DNA of 51,400 nucleotides from Leucoraja ocellata (taxonomy: Eukaryota). The stretch spans positions 1-51,400 of the forward strand of contig JAWMAR010004410.1 of assembly GCA_036785375.1 (NCBI GenBank), read 5' to 3'. Made by a program: the position numbers and the translations under genes. Positions 48,198-51,400 of the stretch are shown piece by piece (position 1 is the stretch's first letter; the number at the start of each line of letters is the position of its first letter). The notes beneath the pieces are model-generated. The model saw only the letters and a program-made list of their open reading frames with translations. It searched no databases and was not told the DNA's origin.

Positions 48198-50788
48198 ATG
48201 TCTCTTAAATGGTGTTGTATCTGCCTCAACTATCTTCTCTGGGAGCTTGTTCCATTTACTCACCAGCCTCTGTGTGAAAACATTGCCCCTCAGATTCCTA
48301 TTAAATCTTTACCTCTCGCCTTAAATCTATGTCCTCTGGTTCTTGATTCCCCTACTTCTTGGGTAAAAAGAAATTCTGTGCATCTACCCTGTCTATTCCA
48401 TCTTGATTTATCTTGAATTTGCATCTCTGAGCAAAGTGAGTGCAGTGAAAGTCCTCTCTGGGAAGCTCAAATAATCACAAGGATAAAAGCTGCTGCAGCT
48501 CTGTGCTTCCTGCAAAGGCAGAGTGGGATGAATGACATGGTGAAGCCTGCGACCAGATTAAAATCATTAAAATCCCCCCAAAAGTTTCCTCATCCCTTCT
48601 TTGCAACATATTTTCAAGAGGGTTCCTATTTGCACATTCAGCATCATCAGCAATAGAATATTCACATCTGCAACACGTGTACAAGTCTATCTTGCACGTG
48701 TTGAGGCTACAAAGCCGCTCGGCCTTGTATTTTTCACAGAACAGTTTATTAAATTAGTTGCCAGAATCTCTTTACTGAGAACACTACAGCATGCTTTATA
48801 GTGAAGTAGTTACTTACATTTCTAAGTATGCATTACAAGGCACCACATATGCAACCACCTGCTTTTTTCCAATGCCAGCCATAAACCAATGTAAACAGCA
48901 CCGTTGAGACTTTATTCAGAGAATCAGTAAGATAAGCCTTGAGGCACGCTAACAAACGTTAAGGCACAACGGTTATTACTACATCCCAGTAGTGGTGTCA
49001 GAGCTACATTCAATTCTGTATATCATTTGTGGTTAAAAAAGCATGTGATGCTGCAATTTTAGGTCAAGGGGAGGATATGACAATGAAGCTCTGTGCTTGA
49101 TGCTGATAGTTCTTACGGTCTGAATGCAGGTAGATGGGACTAGGTGAGAGTAAGTGTTTGGCATGGACTAGAAGGGCCGAGATGGCCTGTTTCCGTGCTG
49201 TAATTGTTATATGGTTATAGGGGCTGGCAGAGTGTGGATCAACTTACTACAGCTATGGTCAAGAGGGAAAAAATGAAATACTCAGTACTTATGATCCTAA
49301 CTACTAATTATTTATAGAATTATATAGCGCAGAAACAGGCCTTTTGCCTGCACAGGCCATTCAGACCATTCAGACCATTGTACTTGTCTATACTTAGCCC
49401 CATTTGCTCGCATTCAATCCGTATTTTTATTCGGAATAAAAACAAAAGATGTTAACGAAAGTAAGGTGGAATCAGGAACAAAGACACAAAACATGTCAAC
49501 ATTGTACATATGAAAGTATTACCACGACAAAACTTTGAGCCAAACCACGCTCTGCTTTTTTTTGTAGTTTGGTAGAAAACTTCCAAAGACAACCTCCTTA
49601 TAGTTCAGCTGATCTCAGAAGCAAATCAGAGGTCAGATACCAAAACATTTAAACCTCCTTTCCACAATGGACTAATCAACTGGTGGTGAAATGCTTGACT
49701 GTTGTTACTAAAGCATCCACATTCATATTAATGAGGTCACCGCCACTGAATATAAATGAAATTGCTAGTATGTGGTTCACTTATTTTTCTTTAGTTACCA
49801 TGTCTAAAACATCAAGGAGCTTTTAATTAATTTTATCTACTTTAAATAATTGTTATATTTTAAAAAATGTTTGAAACCTTTTCAAACTGCTTTTCGTGTT
49901 CTCAGGGGCATTGAGAATCAGCTTGAAATGTCCTCTAACATGCATCTAGAGGTGAGAACCATTGGCAGTAAGTTCAGGTACTGGGTCAAAACTAGAAGAG
50001 CATCGGCCAATATCCAAGCATGGCTGAGACTGATCAACTTGTACTGTGTGAACTTGTGCCAGGGAATATTAATGGTAGTCATATTGTTTCAGTTGGTAGC
50101 AATCAAAATAGATTATAGAAGTACAGGCACCACACGCGGGCCGGCGGCTGCGTGTGCTGGACTGGAGGTGCGGCGGCTTCGACCGCCCCGGGCCGCAGTG
50201 TTTGAACCGGCCCGTTCGCGGGGTTCGGTGAGCTGAGGGACTGTTTGTACCATCGCCCGGTGGGGAATTGCCTCAGCGCAGAGGGAGAAGAGGGAAGAGA
50301 CTGCAGCCCTAAGATTTTTGCCTCCACCACAGTGAGGAGGTGTTTGGAGGACTCACTGTGGTGGATGTTAATTTGTGTTTATTGGTGTTTATTATTGTAT
50401 CATTGTATGTATGACTGCAGGCACGAAATTTCGTTCAGACCGTAAGGTCTGAATGACAATAAAGGAAATTCAATTTATGCATGTTTGGAAATAAGGCACG
50501 TGTTTAATTAATTACCAAATATCAAATTTATGCGCTGTATTTTTGAAATATTGCGCTCAAAGTTACACATGTATAAATGTATTTATTTAATTTATGTATC
50601 TTTGAATGACATGCTCCATTTCAGGAGTGTAACCCCTGCGTAAAGTTTAAAGCACTGAAAGAGCCTTACCGATCTTTGCTAGTATTTATCCCTCATACTT
50701 AGCTCCTCCCATCCTTAACTAAACTATCCAGATGTTAGATGAATTTATTACTGCTTCTGATATTCATGCATTCTGATTTATTTGGCAG

Positions 50789-50848
50789 ATACAATATATG
50801 CAGTGGTCAGGAAGAATGGCCCACCAATCAGCAGACCGTATTCAACCG
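50789..50848 (+). CDS. Cytoplasmic exon with ITSM (DTIYAVVRKNGPPISRPYST)
   Basis: Acceptor TTTATTTGGCAG| and donor CCG|GTAAGA; 60 nt. In phase 1 it encodes TIYAVV (TxYxxV) at 50791-50808 and is frame-compatible with the copy B TM exon. Confidence 0.7.
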
Positions 50849-50926
50849 GTAAGATAAAATTCAGGGACTTAAGTTTCTTCCATATATTACAATAAATGCT
50901 TCACATGTTTGTTCTTTTCCCCACAG

Positions 50927-51024
50927 AGGTTGCCTTTGTTAATGAAGGGAACAGTGAAGAAGAAGTCTCCTATGCGGACATTGTTATCCACAGTCCAAAA
51001 CAACGCTACAACCAAAAAGCCAAG
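50927..51024 (+). CDS. Cytoplasmic exon with ITIM (EVAFVNEGNSEEEVSYADIVIHSPKQRYNQKAK)
   Basis: Strong acceptor GTTCTTTTCCCCACAG| after a 78-nt intron, and donor AAG|GTATTG. VSYADI (50965-50982) is preceded by an acidic EEE. The gene may continue past the window. Confidence 0.75.
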
Positions 51025-51400
51025 GTATTGATAATTGCATCAGAGAAAGTCTCCTTGTTTATTTATCCTTGATGTATCTTAAATACATCAGCAATTGCAG
51101 GACACATAGCTATATCCCCAGAGAGGAATGATATCCAACCAAGTACACATTTCCCTGTGGCCGCATAGGGTTTCAGGTTTGTTTCAGGTTTGTAGGTTAA
51201 ATGGCTTCTGCAAAATTGTCCCTCGTGTGTTTGATAGAACTAGTGTACGATGCATCATAGGTCAGCAGAGACTCGATATGCCGAAGGGCCTGTTTCCACA
51301 CTATATCTCTAAACTAAACTAAATCCTTTTGCTTTCGGCATAGATGTAAAAAACGTTGATTGATTCCCATTGCCTTGTTTTAGTGACAGCACTGTCCTAC

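Noticed and set aside
50625-50681. Linking exon before the ITSM exon
   Set aside because: The acceptor is plausible, but only phase 0 stays open over this span and the available GT donors preserve phase, so it cannot feed the ITSM frame.

Overview
AT-rich, repeat-dense vertebrate genomic DNA. The repeat set (CR1 LINEs with (CTATGTTT)-type tails, V-domain tRNA SINEs, Penelope-type fragments, a Rex1/Babar-like LINE) suggests a cartilaginous fish, probably a skate or ray (inference). The main content is a tandem duplication with a period of about 18 kb (about 6675-21272 vs 24626-39016) carrying two + strand copies of an immunoglobulin-superfamily type I membrane receptor gene that I cannot assign to a named gene. 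Each copy has a leader exon with a GC donor, a germline-joined VJ-type V exon (ends GQGTRIQV), a C1-like exon, a C2/I-like exon and a TM exon, all joined in phase 1. Copy B keeps an open TM exon and is followed about 15 kb later by exons that can encode an ITSM (TIYAVV) and an ITIM (VSYADI). Copy A has CAA>TAA just after the TM, no charged TM residue and no tail exons. Divergence is mosaic: the C1-like exons differ at 2/291 nt, the V exons at 18/348 (14 amino-acid changing), and the TM exons at about 16/99 plus an indel. This looks like a paired receptor system (inhibitory plus tailless/decoy) kept similar by gene conversion. Also present: a 736-bp fold-back element, hAT and Harbinger MITEs, an L1 insertion with target-site duplication (TSD), a minimal hammerhead-ribozyme motif and a 27-bp VNTR. 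All gene models are hand predictions without expression data.
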